Below are positions 9,210 through 19,254 of a DNA stretch of 64,000 nucleotides, piece by piece. This DNA is from Gemmatimonadota bacterium (GTDB lineage: Bacteria > Gemmatimonadota > Gemmatimonadetes > Gemmatimonadales > GWC2-71-9): contig PNAE01000006.1 of assembly GCA_003169895.1 (NCBI GenBank), forward strand, positions 103,294 to 167,293. Direction: 5' to 3'. How positions within the stretch are numbered: the stretch's first letter is position 1; each line of letters starts with the position of its first letter. Both the position numbers and the translations under genes were made by a program. The notes beneath the pieces were generated by a model. It searched no databases, was not told the DNA's origin, and worked only from the letters and a program-made list of their open reading frames with translations.

Positions 9210-10946
9210 GTGTCCCTCCTTCGCCGCCAATGGCTCACGCTCCTCAGCTGGTCACTCGGTGGAGCGGCGTTGTCGCCCGGCACGGTTGTCGCCCAGCAAC
9301 CAGCTGCGATTGCCGCGACCTGGCCGTACTCCGGCAAGGCGCGCGTAGCGGAAGGGGCGCACGGGATGGTGGCCTCCGGGAGCGCCATTGCCAGCGCGGT
9401 GGGCCGCGACATGCTGAAGGCCGGTGGCAATGCGGTCGACGCCGCGGTCGCCGTGGGCTTTGCGCTCGAGGTCACTCACGCTGAAGCGGGAAACATCGGC
9501 GGCGGCGGGTTCATGATGATCCGCCTGAAGAACGGCAGGGTGTACGCGCTCGATTATCGAGAGACCGCACCCGCCAGGGCCACGCACGATATGTATCTCG
9601 ACGCGGCGGGACAACCGACGGACCAGAGCATTGCGGGACCGCTCGCGTCGGGTATCCCTGGTTCGGTCGCGGGCATGCTCGAGGCGCACCGACGCTTCGG
9701 CCGGCTCCCGCTCGCCGCGGTGCTCGATCCCGCAATCCGGCTGGCGCGAGACGGCTTCGTGGTGGATTCGGTCCACGCCCACTCGCTGGCGAGCGGCGTC
9801 CGACGGTTCGCGCAGTACTCGCCGGCGGCGCTGGCACAGTACACCATCAACGGCGCCGCTCCCGTGCCCGGTGCGACGCTCAAGCAGCCGGATCTCGCCC
9901 GCACGCTGGAAGCGATTCGCGATCGCGGACGCAATGGCTTCTACGCAGGGTGGGTCGCGAAGGCGATCGCCGACGAGATGCAGCGGGACGGCGGCCTCAT
10001 CACCGAACTCGACCTCGCGGCCTACCGGCCCAGGTGGCGTCAGCCGGTCCGGATCAGGTACCGCGGGTACACCATCTGGTCGATGCCCCCGTCATCGTCG
10101 GGCGGTGCCACCCTGGCAATGATCCTCAACATCATGGAGGGGTTCAAGCCGCTGCCGCCGTTCGGCTCCACGGCATTGCTGCACCTCGAATCCGAAGCGA
10201 TGCGCCGCGCGTTCACCATGCGCAACCGCTTTCTTGGCGATCCCGACTTCGAGCGGCTGACGATGCTGCCCAGAATGGAGTCGAAGGCGTTCGCGGCGAC
10301 GGCCCGCGGCACGATCGACCCGGCACGGGCCACGCCAACGCCGCCGTTTGATCCGTCGATCAAGGACGGGCCGAACACGACGCACTACTCCGTCGTCGAC
10401 GCCCAGGGCAACGCCGTCTCGACGACCACGACGCTCAATAATTCGTTCGGCTCTGCCGTGCTCATCACCGGAGCCGGGTTCCTGCTGAACGATGAAATGG
10501 ATGACTTCGCGGCTGCGCCGGGCAAGCCGAACATGTACGGACTGGTGCAAGGCGAGATCAACGCCATCAAGCCCGGCAAACGGATGCTGTCGGCGATGAC
10601 GCCAAGCATTGTGCTCGATCGCGCAGGCAGGCTCAAGATGGTGTTGGGCACGCCCGGCGGTCCGACAATCATCACCCAGGTGTACCACGTCATCAGCAAC
10701 GTGATCGATCATCGAATGTCATTGGCGGACGCGGTGGCCGCCCCACGTCAGCACCACCAGGGCCTGCCGGACGAAATCTTCCTCGAACAGGGCGGGTTCC
10801 TCCCGGCAGTCGTCGATTCGCTGACGGCGATGGGGCACCACGTGCAGCTCGGAGGCGGCGGCGACGTACAGGCAATCATTCACACGGCACACGGATGGCA
10901 GGGCGTGAGTGACCCGCGCGGAGGTGGCGCGCCGGCGGGGTATTGA
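9210..10946 (+). CDS. ggt: Gamma-glutamyltransferase
   Basis: GGNAVDAAVA, GNIGGGGF, DYRETAP, TTHYS (catalytic Thr), LLNDEMDDF, LSAMTP and GTPGG motifs. Confidence 0.95.
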   Translation: MSLLRRQWLTLLSWSLGGAALSPGTVVAQQPAAIAATWPYSGKARVAEGAHGMVASGSAIASAVGRDMLKAGGNAVDAAVAVGFALEVTHAEAGNIGGGGFMMIRLKNGRVYALDYRETAPARATHDMYLDAAGQPTDQSIAGPLASGIPGSVAGMLEAHRRFGRLPLAAVLDPAIRLARDGFVVDSVHAHSLASGVRRFAQYSPAALAQYTINGAAPVPGATLKQPDLARTLEAIRDRGRNGFYAGWVAKAIADEMQRDGGLITELDLAAYRPRWRQPVRIRYRGYTIWSMPPSSSGGATLAMILNIMEGFKPLPPFGSTALLHLESEAMRRAFTMRNRFLGDPDFERLTMLPRMESKAFAATARGTIDPARATPTPPFDPSIKDGPNTTHYSVVDAQGNAVSTTTTLNNSFGSAVLITGAGFLLNDEMDDFAAAPGKPNMYGLVQGEINAIKPGKRMLSAMTPSIVLDRAGRLKMVLGTPGGPTIITQVYHVISNVIDHRMSLADAVAAPRQHHQGLPDEIFLEQGGFLPAVVDSLTAMGHHVQLGGGGDVQAIIHTAHGWQGVSDPRGGGAPAGY

Positions 10947-10960
10947 AGAGGCATCGATCG

Positions 10961-12706
10961 ATGCGAGCCTTGCGACGCCTGCGACGCTATTTCAAACGCT
11001 ACGCCGTGGCCTACGCCGCGGGCTTCGCTTGCCTGTGCTGCTCGAACCTGCTCGCGACGCTCGGCCCGCGATTCATGCAGCACGCCATCGACGCCTTGAT
11101 CGCCGCCAACTGGTACGCGGCGCGCGTGGCTGCGTGGTGGGTGGCCGGACTGGCGCTTGCCGGCGGTTGCCTCCGCTTCGGGATGCGCTACCTGCTCAAC
11201 GGCGCGTCCCGGCGGGTGGAAACCGACCTGCGCGATGACCTGTACGGGCACCTCATCGGCCTGTCGGCGCCTTTTTTTCAGCGCCAGCCGATCGGCGACC
11301 TCATGGCGCGGGCCACCAACGACCTGCTTGCGCTCCGAATGGTTGCCGGTCCGGCGGTCATGTACCTGGTCGATACCACCGTTCGGACCATCATGATCGT
11401 GCCGATGATGGCCGCGATCTCGCCCGCACTGACGTTCTGGGCGCTCCTGCCCACGCTTGGCCTGCCGTTGGTGATGACCGTGCTCGGTGGCGAGGTCCAC
11501 CGCCGATCACTCGCGGTCCAGGACCAGTTTGGTGATGTCTCCTCGTTCATGCAGGAGCACCTGGCCGGCGTCAGGATCGTGCGGGCCTATGCCCAGGAAG
11601 CAGCGGAGACCCGCAGCTTTCATGCGCTGGACGCCGACTACCAACGACGCAACATGGCGCTGGCACGCGCTCAGGGCGTCTTCAACCCGCTGCTGTCGCT
11701 GCTGGGCGGCATCGGAGCCATCGTCGCCCTGGTCGCTGGCGGACGCAGCGTGATCGATGGCCGGATCAGCGTCGGGGGCTTTGTCGCGTTCGGCGTATAT
11801 CTCGCGACGCTCGTCTGGCCAATGATCGCACTCGGATGGGCGATATCGCTGCTGCAGCGCGGCGACGCCGCGACCGACCGGATCGATGCGCTGTTCGCGG
11901 TGACGCCGGACATTCGCGATCCCGCCCAGCCGATCGCGCTGGTTGCCGGCGCTTCGGCCCGGAGTATCCGATTCGAGTCCGTCTGGTTCCGCTATCCCGG
12001 GGCCGACGCTGCGGCGCCGGCGCTCGAGGACGTGACGTTTGACGTAGCGGCCGGAGCACTCCTCGGTATCGTCGGCGCGACCGGTAGCGGCAAATCGACC
12101 GTCGTCGACCTGATGGTCCGGACCTATGACCCCGATCGCGGCCGCATCCTGGTCGATGGCGTGGATCTGCGGTCGCTCCGGGTGGACGATGTCCGTCGTG
12201 CGATCGGCATCGTGCCCCAGGAGACATTCCTGTTCTCGGAAACGCTGCGCGAGAACGTCCTGCTCGGGACGGCAGACGACGGTCAACTGGACGACGCCGC
12301 CCGGACCGCGCAACTCACGGACGCGCTGCCCGACCTGCCCAATGGCTGGGAGACGATGCTGGGGGAGCGGGGGATCAACCTGTCCGGCGGACAACGGCAA
12401 CGGGCCGCGATCGCCCGCGCGCTGGTGCGTCAGCCCAGCGTGCTGGTGCTGGATGATGCACTCAGCGCGGTCGATGCCCATACCGAAATGGAAATCCTCA
12501 CTGCGCTGGAGCGCGCGACGGCGGAGCGCACTCGAATCATCGTGTCGCACCGGTTCTCGGCCGTGCGCAACGCGGACCAGATCCTGGTGCTCGACGGAGG
12601 ACGGATTGTGGAGCGTGGCACCCACGACGAGCTGGTCGCTGCCGGCGCCAGGTATACGGAGTTGTTGATGCGGCAGGAGGTGGAGGAGAGTCTTGAACTA
12701 CAGTGA
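10961..12706 (+). CDS. ABC transporter, fused permease/ATPase (MdlA/MsbA-like)
   Basis: N-terminal TM helices, Walker A GATGSGKST, LSGGQRQR signature, LDDALSAVD. Confidence 0.92.
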   Translation: MRALRRLRRYFKRYAVAYAAGFACLCCSNLLATLGPRFMQHAIDALIAANWYAARVAAWWVAGLALAGGCLRFGMRYLLNGASRRVETDLRDDLYGHLIGLSAPFFQRQPIGDLMARATNDLLALRMVAGPAVMYLVDTTVRTIMIVPMMAAISPALTFWALLPTLGLPLVMTVLGGEVHRRSLAVQDQFGDVSSFMQEHLAGVRIVRAYAQEAAETRSFHALDADYQRRNMALARAQGVFNPLLSLLGGIGAIVALVAGGRSVIDGRISVGGFVAFGVYLATLVWPMIALGWAISLLQRGDAATDRIDALFAVTPDIRDPAQPIALVAGASARSIRFESVWFRYPGADAAAPALEDVTFDVAAGALLGIVGATGSGKSTVVDLMVRTYDPDRGRILVDGVDLRSLRVDDVRRAIGIVPQETFLFSETLRENVLLGTADDGQLDDAARTAQLTDALPDLPNGWETMLGERGINLSGGQRQRAAIARALVRQPSVLVLDDALSAVDAHTEMEILTALERATAERTRIIVSHRFSAVRNADQILVLDGGRIVERGTHDELVAAGARYTELLMRQEVEESLELQ

Positions 12707-12780
12707 AACGTGAGCGGTGAGACGTGAGAGGTGAAACGTGAGACGTGAGACGTGAAACGTAAGACGGGGTTTCGATCCTC
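12704..12780. repeat. Heptamer tandem repeat (9 x TGARACG-like) followed by a partial hairpin core
   Basis: TGAAACG TGAGCGG TGAGACG TGAGAGG TGAAACG TGAGACG TGAGACG TGAAACG TAAGACG. The first unit contains the ABC gene stop codon. Confidence 0.85.
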
Positions 12781-12789
12781 CGGCTCGGT

Positions 12790-13515
12790 TCAGAGCAGCT
12801 TTCTCAGGAATTCCGGCGTCATTCCCTGCAGCCAACCCGCCAGGCGGGTGAATTCTCCGGTCACCAGCAGCAGGCCCACACCGATCAGCACGATCCCGCT
12901 GGCGCGATGCACCCAGGGCATCCAGCGTCGGAATCGCTGGAACCAGTTGCGGAACGCGTCGAGCGCGGCCGCTGCAATCAGGAACGGCACGGCCAGTCCG
13001 GCGGAGTAGGCGGCGAGGAGCACGACGCCGTGGCGCAACTGCCCGCTGCTGCCGGCGAGCGCGAGAATCGCACCGAGGATGGGCCCGATGCAGGGCGTCC
13101 AGCCGGCCGCGAACACCATGCCGACGACAGCACTCCCGAGGTAGCCGACCGGTTTCTGGTCGAGATGGATCCGGCGCTCACGATCGAAGAGGCCGATGCG
13201 AAGCAGTCCCAGCGTATACAGCCCGAACAGGATGATCAGCACGCCGCCCGCGCGCGCAAGCAGCAGCTTGTGATAGCGCAGGCTCGCTCCAAGGGCGGTG
13301 GCGCCGGCCCCGAGCAGGATGAACACGAGCGAGAAACCGGCCACGAACAGGAGTGCGTGGCCTATCGCGCGGTAACGGCGGCCGCTCACCTCTTCGAGGG
13401 TCATGCCACTCAGGTACCCGACGTAACTGGGCACCAGCGGCAGTACGCACGGCGAGAGGAATGACAGGAGGCCAGCCGCGAACGCGACAGCGGGCCCGAC
13501 GGCGACGTCGGTCAG
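12790..13515 (-). CDS. ccdA: Cytochrome c biogenesis protein CcdA (DsbD TM domain)
   Basis: AFAAGLLSFLSPCVLPLVP and GWTPCIGPILG motifs. Start uncertain: CTG 13515 overlapping the fur stop, or ATG 13572. Confidence 0.85.
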   Translation of the reverse strand: MTDVAVGPAVAFAAGLLSFLSPCVLPLVPSYVGYLSGMTLEEVSGRRYRAIGHALLFVAGFSLVFILLGAGATALGASLRYHKLLLARAGGVLIILFGLYTLGLLRIGLFDRERRIHLDQKPVGYLGSAVVGMVFAAGWTPCIGPILGAILALAGSSGQLRHGVVLLAAYSAGLAVPFLIAAAALDAFRNWFQRFRRWMPWVHRASGIVLIGVGLLLVTGEFTRLAGWLQGMTPEFLRKLL

Positions 13516-14000
13516 AAGATCGTTCCCGCATGCTGCACCGCGCCCGCGTCCGCTTCGCGACACACCCGGCATAGCCCGCGGATCTCGACGCGATGGGTCT
13601 GGTGCTGGAATCCCTGCTCGTCGGCGACCATCGGAAGCAGCCGTTCGAACCGCTCGGTCGAGAACTCGGTCACGCGGCCGCACCGCGAGCAGATGAGGTG
13701 CCCATGCTGCCCGGGAGAGAGCAACGCCTCGAAGCGCTTGAAGCCTTCCCCGAAGTCGTTCGCTCGCACGAGCCCGCTCTCGAGGAGCACGTCGAGCGAC
13801 CGGTAGACGGTGGCCGTGCCAACGCGCAGGCCCTGCTCACGAAGGCGACGCTGGATGCCGACGACCGAAAGATGCTCCCCACCGGCAAAGACTGCCCGGG
13901 CAACCATGTCGCGCTGACGGGTGATCGGGAGGTGTCGCTCGCGCAACCAGCGGTGAAACCGGTCGAATAGCTGCTGCGGCGCGGCGTCACCATCAGGCAT
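13512..14000 (-). CDS. Fur-family transcriptional regulator
   Basis: ITRQRDMV, HLS, ATVYRSL, HGHLICSRCG and GLCRVC motifs. Confidence 0.9.
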   Translation of the reverse strand: MPDGDAAPQQLFDRFHRWLRERHLPITRQRDMVARAVFAGGEHLSVVGIQRRLREQGLRVGTATVYRSLDVLLESGLVRANDFGEGFKRFEALLSPGQHGHLICSRCGRVTEFSTERFERLLPMVADEQGFQHQTHRVEIRGLCRVCREADAGAVQHAGTIF

Positions 14001-14394
14001 CGTCGGCGGCTGCCCCGATGGGCACGGGGGGGAACCAGAGCGCGACATCCACCGGTGTCGGCGGCTCTTCATCGTCCGCGCGAACCGGCACGAGCGCCAG
14101 CAGCTCCTGAAGCGCCTCCAGCGGACCGCTGCCCACCTCATCCAGGTGCGGCTCGAAGCTGCCGCGCTGCTTCCCTTTGACCTGGGCGACGTAGGTCGCG
14201 GTATAAATCCGGCGACGATCGCCATCGATCCGGCTCAATACGGCGGTGCCGAACTCCCGTTGGTCGCGACGCAACACCCGGAACACCCAGACGCCGTCGA
14301 CGCCGTCGACCGGCACTTGCTCGCGCAGCCATGCCGCAAGCCGTTCCCAATGTGGGCTCTCGCCCGGCCCGCGAGGGGCGAGCGATGTCAGCAT
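13993..14394 (-). CDS. Hypothetical protein
   Basis: Overlaps both neighbours in an operon-like run; globular-looking sequence; no motif recognised. Confidence 0.7.
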   Translation of the reverse strand: MLTSLAPRGPGESPHWERLAAWLREQVPVDGVDGVWVFRVLRRDQREFGTAVLSRIDGDRRRIYTATYVAQVKGKQRGSFEPHLDEVGSGPLEALQELLALVPVRADDEEPPTPVDVALWFPPVPIGAAADDA

Positions 14395-15458
14395 CGCGCC
14401 AGATACATGCGGAGTATGTGCATGAAGTCCTGCGCATTGGTCACGACGCCGAACGCCTGGTGCGTGCCCCGATCACGCAGCTTGTTGACGACAAATTCGG
14501 TCTGGTCGACGCAGATCGTCATCAACGGTTCAGGGCGCCCGTCGTCGGTATGGTTGTGAAAGGCCGGCAGCATGTTGCCGACCGCGATGGCGTGCAGCGC
14601 CGTCGCCACGAACACCGCCCCGGTCGCTTTCACGGTGTACTCGCGCATGGCGTCCTGTGCGGCCAGGTTGTCGGTGATCACCTCGGGCAGCGGACCGTCA
14701 TCGCGAATCGATCCCGCGAGGACATACGGGATCTTCTGGGTCACCAGCGCGTGCATGATCCCCGCCCGGACCAGGCCCGACTCGACTGCTGCGACAATCG
14801 AACCGGCCGCCCGCACCGCGTTGATCGCGCGCATATGCTGGCCGTGCCCGCCCTGCGTCGGATGTCCGCTGTCGTCCATGCCGAGCGTGGTGCCGAAAAT
14901 CGCCGCCTCGATGTCATGCACGGCGACGGCGTTGCCGGCCAGTACGGCCTGGACATAACCGTTGCGGATCAGCCATTCGAAGTCGTTCCGCGCCCGTGAA
15001 TGCACCAGTGCCGGACCCGTGATCCACAGTACGTACCCGCCGCAATCCTTCTCGTGCTGCAGCCGGCTGGCGAGCTCTTCGTAGTTGACCGGTCGCTCGC
15101 GCGAGACTTCGGTGCCCATGAACTGGAACTCGTTGGCGCCGTGACTGCCGCCCAGGAAGCCATCGGTATGCACCACAACGCCCTCCACGCCGTGTTCGTC
15201 GAGCGCCGTGAGCACCAGTTCACCGCGCTTCACTCGACGCGGTTCGGTGGCTTCGAGCCGGTCCCCTCGTCGCACCACGGCGCAATCCATCCGCGGGCGC
15301 GCCGGCGCCTGCCAGCCCGACTCGAGCCGGACATAGGTGGGCAGGTTGGATGTCGAGAAAAAGCCGTCGGGCAGCACGCCATCGGCCGGGGCCGCAACAA
15401 AACTCGCCACCGGCGCGGTCGCGAACGGGGGCTGACTCACATCGGGAAGCCAGGTCAT
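14388..15458 (-). CDS. TIGR00300-like protein (LOR/SDH, ArgZ/AgrE C-terminal ornithine cyclodeaminase-like)
   Basis: APADGVLPDGFFSTSNLPT, GPALVHS, GNAVAVHDIE, LAGSIRDDGPLP, LHAIAVGNMLP and KLRDRG motifs. Confidence 0.8.
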   Translation of the reverse strand: MTWLPDVSQPPFATAPVASFVAAPADGVLPDGFFSTSNLPTYVRLESGWQAPARPRMDCAVVRRGDRLEATEPRRVKRGELVLTALDEHGVEGVVVHTDGFLGGSHGANEFQFMGTEVSRERPVNYEELASRLQHEKDCGGYVLWITGPALVHSRARNDFEWLIRNGYVQAVLAGNAVAVHDIEAAIFGTTLGMDDSGHPTQGGHGQHMRAINAVRAAGSIVAAVESGLVRAGIMHALVTQKIPYVLAGSIRDDGPLPEVITDNLAAQDAMREYTVKATGAVFVATALHAIAVGNMLPAFHNHTDDGRPEPLMTICVDQTEFVVNKLRDRGTHQAFGVVTNAQDFMHILRMYLARC

Positions 15459-15517
15459 TGCGGCGGAAAGCTAGGCCGCCCCGGTGCTGCGGCAAAGGCA
15501 TGACCACGGCTGCATTG

Positions 15518-17938
15518 TCACATGAGCGACACCGGATCCCTGTCAATACTGATCCGCACGCCGCCCCTCGGCAGCGCGAGTCGTGCCGCAGCGGTTCGTA
15601 TCCATCGACCGAGCGCTTGCGGCGACCCCTTGAGGATCAGGTGAACACGCCAGCGGTCCTTGATCCGCTCGATCGGACAGGGCGCCGGTCCCACGACGAT
15701 GAGCGGCAAGCCGCTGCGGGTGATGATCCGCTCGCACCAATCAGCCAGGGCCGCCGCGCGCTGAGTGACGGCGAGGTTATCGGCGCCCGTCAGTACCAGG
15801 TGCACCAGCGCGATGTGCGGCGGATAGGCCGGCGCGCGGCGCAGCTCGGTCTCCACCGCCAGGAACGCCTCCGCATCGTGCTGCGCGGCAAAGACCAGTG
15901 CCGGATGGTCGGGCTGGCGAGTCTGTACCAGCACCCGCCCGCCCTTCGGGCCGCGGCCGGCGCGGCCGGCAACCTGAGCGACCAACTGGAATGTCCGCTC
16001 GGCGGACCGGAAATCCGGGAGATGCAGGCTCGTGTCGGCGTCGACGACACCGACCAGCGTCACGTTCGGAAAATCGATGCCCTTGGCGATCATCTGCGTG
16101 CCGAGCAGCACGTCGACCTCACCTCGTTCCACCCGCTCGAGGATCCGGTGATGCGACCACTTGCTGCCGGTGGTATCGAGGTCCATTCGCGCGACACGAG
16201 CCCCCGCAAACCGTTCCGCCACCAGGCGCTCGAGCTGTTGCGTCCCGGCACCCACCGCCCGCGTCGTGACGCCGCCGCACGCACCGCATGTTTGCGGCAC
16301 GTCGGCCTGATAGTCACAGTAGTGGCAGCGCATCCGGTCGGGATGCCGATGCACGGTCAGCGAAATGCTGCAGTTGGGACATTCGAGCACGGTGCCACAG
16401 GCAGTGCACTGGACGTACGCGGCCCATCCCCGCCGATTGAGCAGCAACAACACCTGGTTCCCCGCGCCGAGGGTCGCGGTGATCGCGTCGTCGAGGCGCT
16501 GGGTCCATGGTAGTCCGCCCACCCCGACGACCTGCGGCTCCTGCCGCAGGTCGAGGACCTCGACCGGCGGCAACGGTCGTGCTGCGACGCGGTGGGGCAG
16601 CCGGACCACGCGGCCCGCGCGCGCTGTCCGCGTCCATGTCTCCAGCGACGGCGTGGCCGTGCCGAGAATCAGGCTGGCCCCTTCGAGCCGAGCGCGCATC
16701 GCCGCCACTTCGCGCGCATGATACCGCGGGGTCTCGCTGTTCTTGTAGCTGGTCTCATGCTCCTCGTCGATCACGATGATCCCCAGCTCTTTCACCGGCG
16801 CAAAGACAGCCGAACGAGCGCCGACGGCGATGCGGCGATCACCCCGGCGCAGGGCCCGCCATGCATCGGCCCGCTCGCCGTCCGACAGCGCGCTGTGCAG
16901 CACCGCGACCTGATCGGGGAACATTGCTCGCACGCGCCCCACCGTCTGCGGCGTCAGCGAGATTTCCGGGACCAGGACGATCGCGCCGCGCCCGTCCGCC
17001 AGCGCGACCTTGATGCGCTCGAGATAGACCTGGGTCTTGCCGGACCCGGTGACACCGAAGAGCAGGGCGGCTTCGCCCCGCGGGAGCGCAGCCAGTGCGT
17101 CCAGTGCCGCCTGTTGATCAGCGGTCAATACGACCGGGCTGGCCGGGACCACGGCACCGCCGAACGGATCGCGGGGCGATTCGAGGTCGACGATCGTGAC
17201 CAGGCCTGCCGCCTGCAACGATCGCAACGGTCCGGGACCGGCACCCACCGCGTCGAGCAGCTCTCGCACCGGCGCGCGGCCGCCACGCTCCTCGAGCGCC
17301 TGATAGACGCTCCGCTGCTTGGGAGCGCGCCCGAAGCGCTGATCTCGTTCGAGCAACGACAGCGGTGTTCCCTCGATCTGGGCCACGCGGGTCGTCGCGG
17401 TGGCCGCATCGGTGTCTGGTGGAATGATCTCGACGTCGAGTGCGCCGACGCGCTGTAACCGGTCGACCACGTCCCACACCGGTCGCCTGAACGCCTTCGC
17501 CGCCGCGGCCACGGACGCACTCCCGCCACGAGCGGCCAACCAGTCCAGCAGCTGCTCCGCCGTGCCACCCACCCGTTGGCGACCGGCATCGCGCACGTGC
17601 AACGCCAGCGTGGAATGGCCCCACAACGCGGCCGGGAGCATCGCCCGCAGCACCATGCCAACGGGGGCGCCGTAGTAGCGCACCATCTGCCCCGCGAGGT
17701 CGAGCAGCGTGGGCGGCAGCACGGTGCCGGCGTCGGGCGTGGCGAGGATGTCGCGGGCGGTCATCGCCGGCGCCGGGACATCCACGGCCGTGACCATGCC
17801 GATCCATTCCTGCCGCCGGACCGGAACGACGACGCGCGCCCCGGGGAGCGCGCGGTCGGCAAGTGACACAGGAATCCGGTAGGTGTAGGGGTCAGGCAGC
17901 GGGAGCGGAAGCGCGACCTGCGCGAAACGGTCCGTCAT
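15518..17938 (-). CDS. priA: Primosomal protein N' (replication restart helicase)
   Basis: GVTGSGKT, DEEHE, four CxxC zinc motifs, GTQMIAKGIDFP, QVAGRAGR. Confidence 0.96.
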   Translation of the reverse strand: MTDRFAQVALPLPLPDPYTYRIPVSLADRALPGARVVVPVRRQEWIGMVTAVDVPAPAMTARDILATPDAGTVLPPTLLDLAGQMVRYYGAPVGMVLRAMLPAALWGHSTLALHVRDAGRQRVGGTAEQLLDWLAARGGSASVAAAAKAFRRPVWDVVDRLQRVGALDVEIIPPDTDAATATTRVAQIEGTPLSLLERDQRFGRAPKQRSVYQALEERGGRAPVRELLDAVGAGPGPLRSLQAAGLVTIVDLESPRDPFGGAVVPASPVVLTADQQAALDALAALPRGEAALLFGVTGSGKTQVYLERIKVALADGRGAIVLVPEISLTPQTVGRVRAMFPDQVAVLHSALSDGERADAWRALRRGDRRIAVGARSAVFAPVKELGIIVIDEEHETSYKNSETPRYHAREVAAMRARLEGASLILGTATPSLETWTRTARAGRVVRLPHRVAARPLPPVEVLDLRQEPQVVGVGGLPWTQRLDDAITATLGAGNQVLLLLNRRGWAAYVQCTACGTVLECPNCSISLTVHRHPDRMRCHYCDYQADVPQTCGACGGVTTRAVGAGTQQLERLVAERFAGARVARMDLDTTGSKWSHHRILERVERGEVDVLLGTQMIAKGIDFPNVTLVGVVDADTSLHLPDFRSAERTFQLVAQVAGRAGRGPKGGRVLVQTRQPDHPALVFAAQHDAEAFLAVETELRRAPAYPPHIALVHLVLTGADNLAVTQRAAALADWCERIITRSGLPLIVVGPAPCPIERIKDRWRVHLILKGSPQALGRWIRTAAARLALPRGGVRISIDRDPVSLM

Positions 17939-18954
17939 CGTCGCACGACGCCGAGCCCCGGTCCGTCGGGCAGCGTCACCTGACCCTGGGGAATCGTGGC
18001 CCCGCTGAATGGGTCATCGCGCAAGAGGGCCGCTCCGTCGAGGTCGACGATATCGACCAGCGGCGTGAGATGCGCCGCCGCGGTGATTCCGAGTGACGAC
18101 TCGATCATGCATCCGACCATGACCGTCATCTGGTGCGCGCGCGCGATCGCGATCATCCGGAGCGCCTCGCGCAGCGAGCCGCACTTGGCGAGCTTGATGT
18201 TGATGCCGTCAACCCGCCCCGCGAGGCGTGGAATATCCGCCGACGTGACACAACTCTCGTCGGCGATAACCGGAATGCGTGCGTGGCGGCGGACGTGCTC
18301 CAACCCGTCGAGGTCGCCCGGTGCCACGGGCTGCTCCAGCACCGTCACGCCGAATTCCTCGAGCACCGGGAGCATATGCACTGCGTGTGCCGCGGTCCAG
18401 CCGCAATTGGCATCGACCCGGAGTTCCCGGTCGGTGGCCTCTCGCATGGTGCGCAGGATGGCGAGGTCGTCGGTGCTGCCGAGCTTGACCTTGAGGATCG
18501 GGTAATCGGCCGCTTCGGTGACCTTGCGCCGAGTCATCTCAGGCGTATCGATGCCGATGGTGAACGTTGACCGCGGAGCCCGCGCCCGGTCGAGGCCCCA
18601 GTATTGCCAGAGCGGCAGCCCGAGCCGCTTTGCCACGAGGTCATGCAGCGCCGCCGAGATGGCCACGCGCGCCGCGGCGTTGCGCTGGAGCGTCGTCTCG
18701 AGGCAAAGCTCGATCGACTCGAGTTGGAACGGATCATCGCCCAGGAGCGGCCCATAGGTGGCGAGCGCCGCCGCCGCCGTGTCGAGCGTCTCGCCGTAAA
18801 AGCGGGTGGCCGCCGCTTCGCCCCACCCTTCGACGCCGTCACTGTCGGTGATTTTCACCATGAGCGTCCGGTACTCGGTCTGGCTTCCCCGAGCGATGAC
18901 GAACGGATGCCGGGTGTGCAGCGTCAGGACTTCGGTGCTGAGGCGCAGGGTCAT
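17935..18954 (-). CDS. Dipeptide (L-Ala-D/L-Glu) epimerase, enolase superfamily
   Basis: HPFVIARG, GWGEA, LKVKLG, RVDAN, EQP, ADES, NIKLAKCG, GCMIES and DLDG motifs. Confidence 0.88.
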   Translation of the reverse strand: MTLRLSTEVLTLHTRHPFVIARGSQTEYRTLMVKITDSDGVEGWGEAAATRFYGETLDTAAAALATYGPLLGDDPFQLESIELCLETTLQRNAAARVAISAALHDLVAKRLGLPLWQYWGLDRARAPRSTFTIGIDTPEMTRRKVTEAADYPILKVKLGSTDDLAILRTMREATDRELRVDANCGWTAAHAVHMLPVLEEFGVTVLEQPVAPGDLDGLEHVRRHARIPVIADESCVTSADIPRLAGRVDGINIKLAKCGSLREALRMIAIARAHQMTVMVGCMIESSLGITAAAHLTPLVDIVDLDGAALLRDDPFSGATIPQGQVTLPDGPGLGVVRR

Positions 18955-18964
18955 GGATGATCGT

Positions 18965-18992
18965 CGTGAGGCGTGGGTCGTGAGTCGTGAGT
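18965..18992. repeat. Heptamer tandem repeat (CGTGAGT-like, 4 units) upstream of the epimerase
   Basis: cgtgagg cgtgggt cgtgagt cgtgagt, lying between a TACTTT -10-like box and the ATG. Confidence 0.6.
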
Positions 18993-19053
18993 GATGGAAA
19001 GTAACGCGCCGTGTGAGCGGATGGAGCGGACGGATATTCCGCTGCGCGACGCC

Positions 19054-19189
19054 GCTCCGAGCCGCGCCCTCCGTAGGGCCGCCTCGTTTCGCCAGCGGCC
19101 GCTGTCCCGCGATGCCGCCGGGCCCGCAGGACTCACTGCGGCCGCGCCAGCGAAGCGCAGCGGCCCGAAGCGAGGGCGCGGTTCGGAGC
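19054..19189. repeat. Long imperfect palindrome (REP/MITE-like)
   Basis: gctccgagccgcgccctccgtagggccgc (19054-19082) is nearly the reverse complement of gcggcccgaagcgagggcgcggttcggagc (19160-19189). Confidence 0.65.
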
Positions 19190-19254
19190 AAGGGCGCGGC
19201 CCGGAGCATTACGTCGGAGCGCAGCTCGGAGCGCGACCGTGCGGGACACGCTGA

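Noticed and set aside
12704-12766. Possible CRISPR array in the short repeats (also 30576-30721)
   Set aside because: Units are contiguous 7-mers with no unique spacers, and no cas genes are present.
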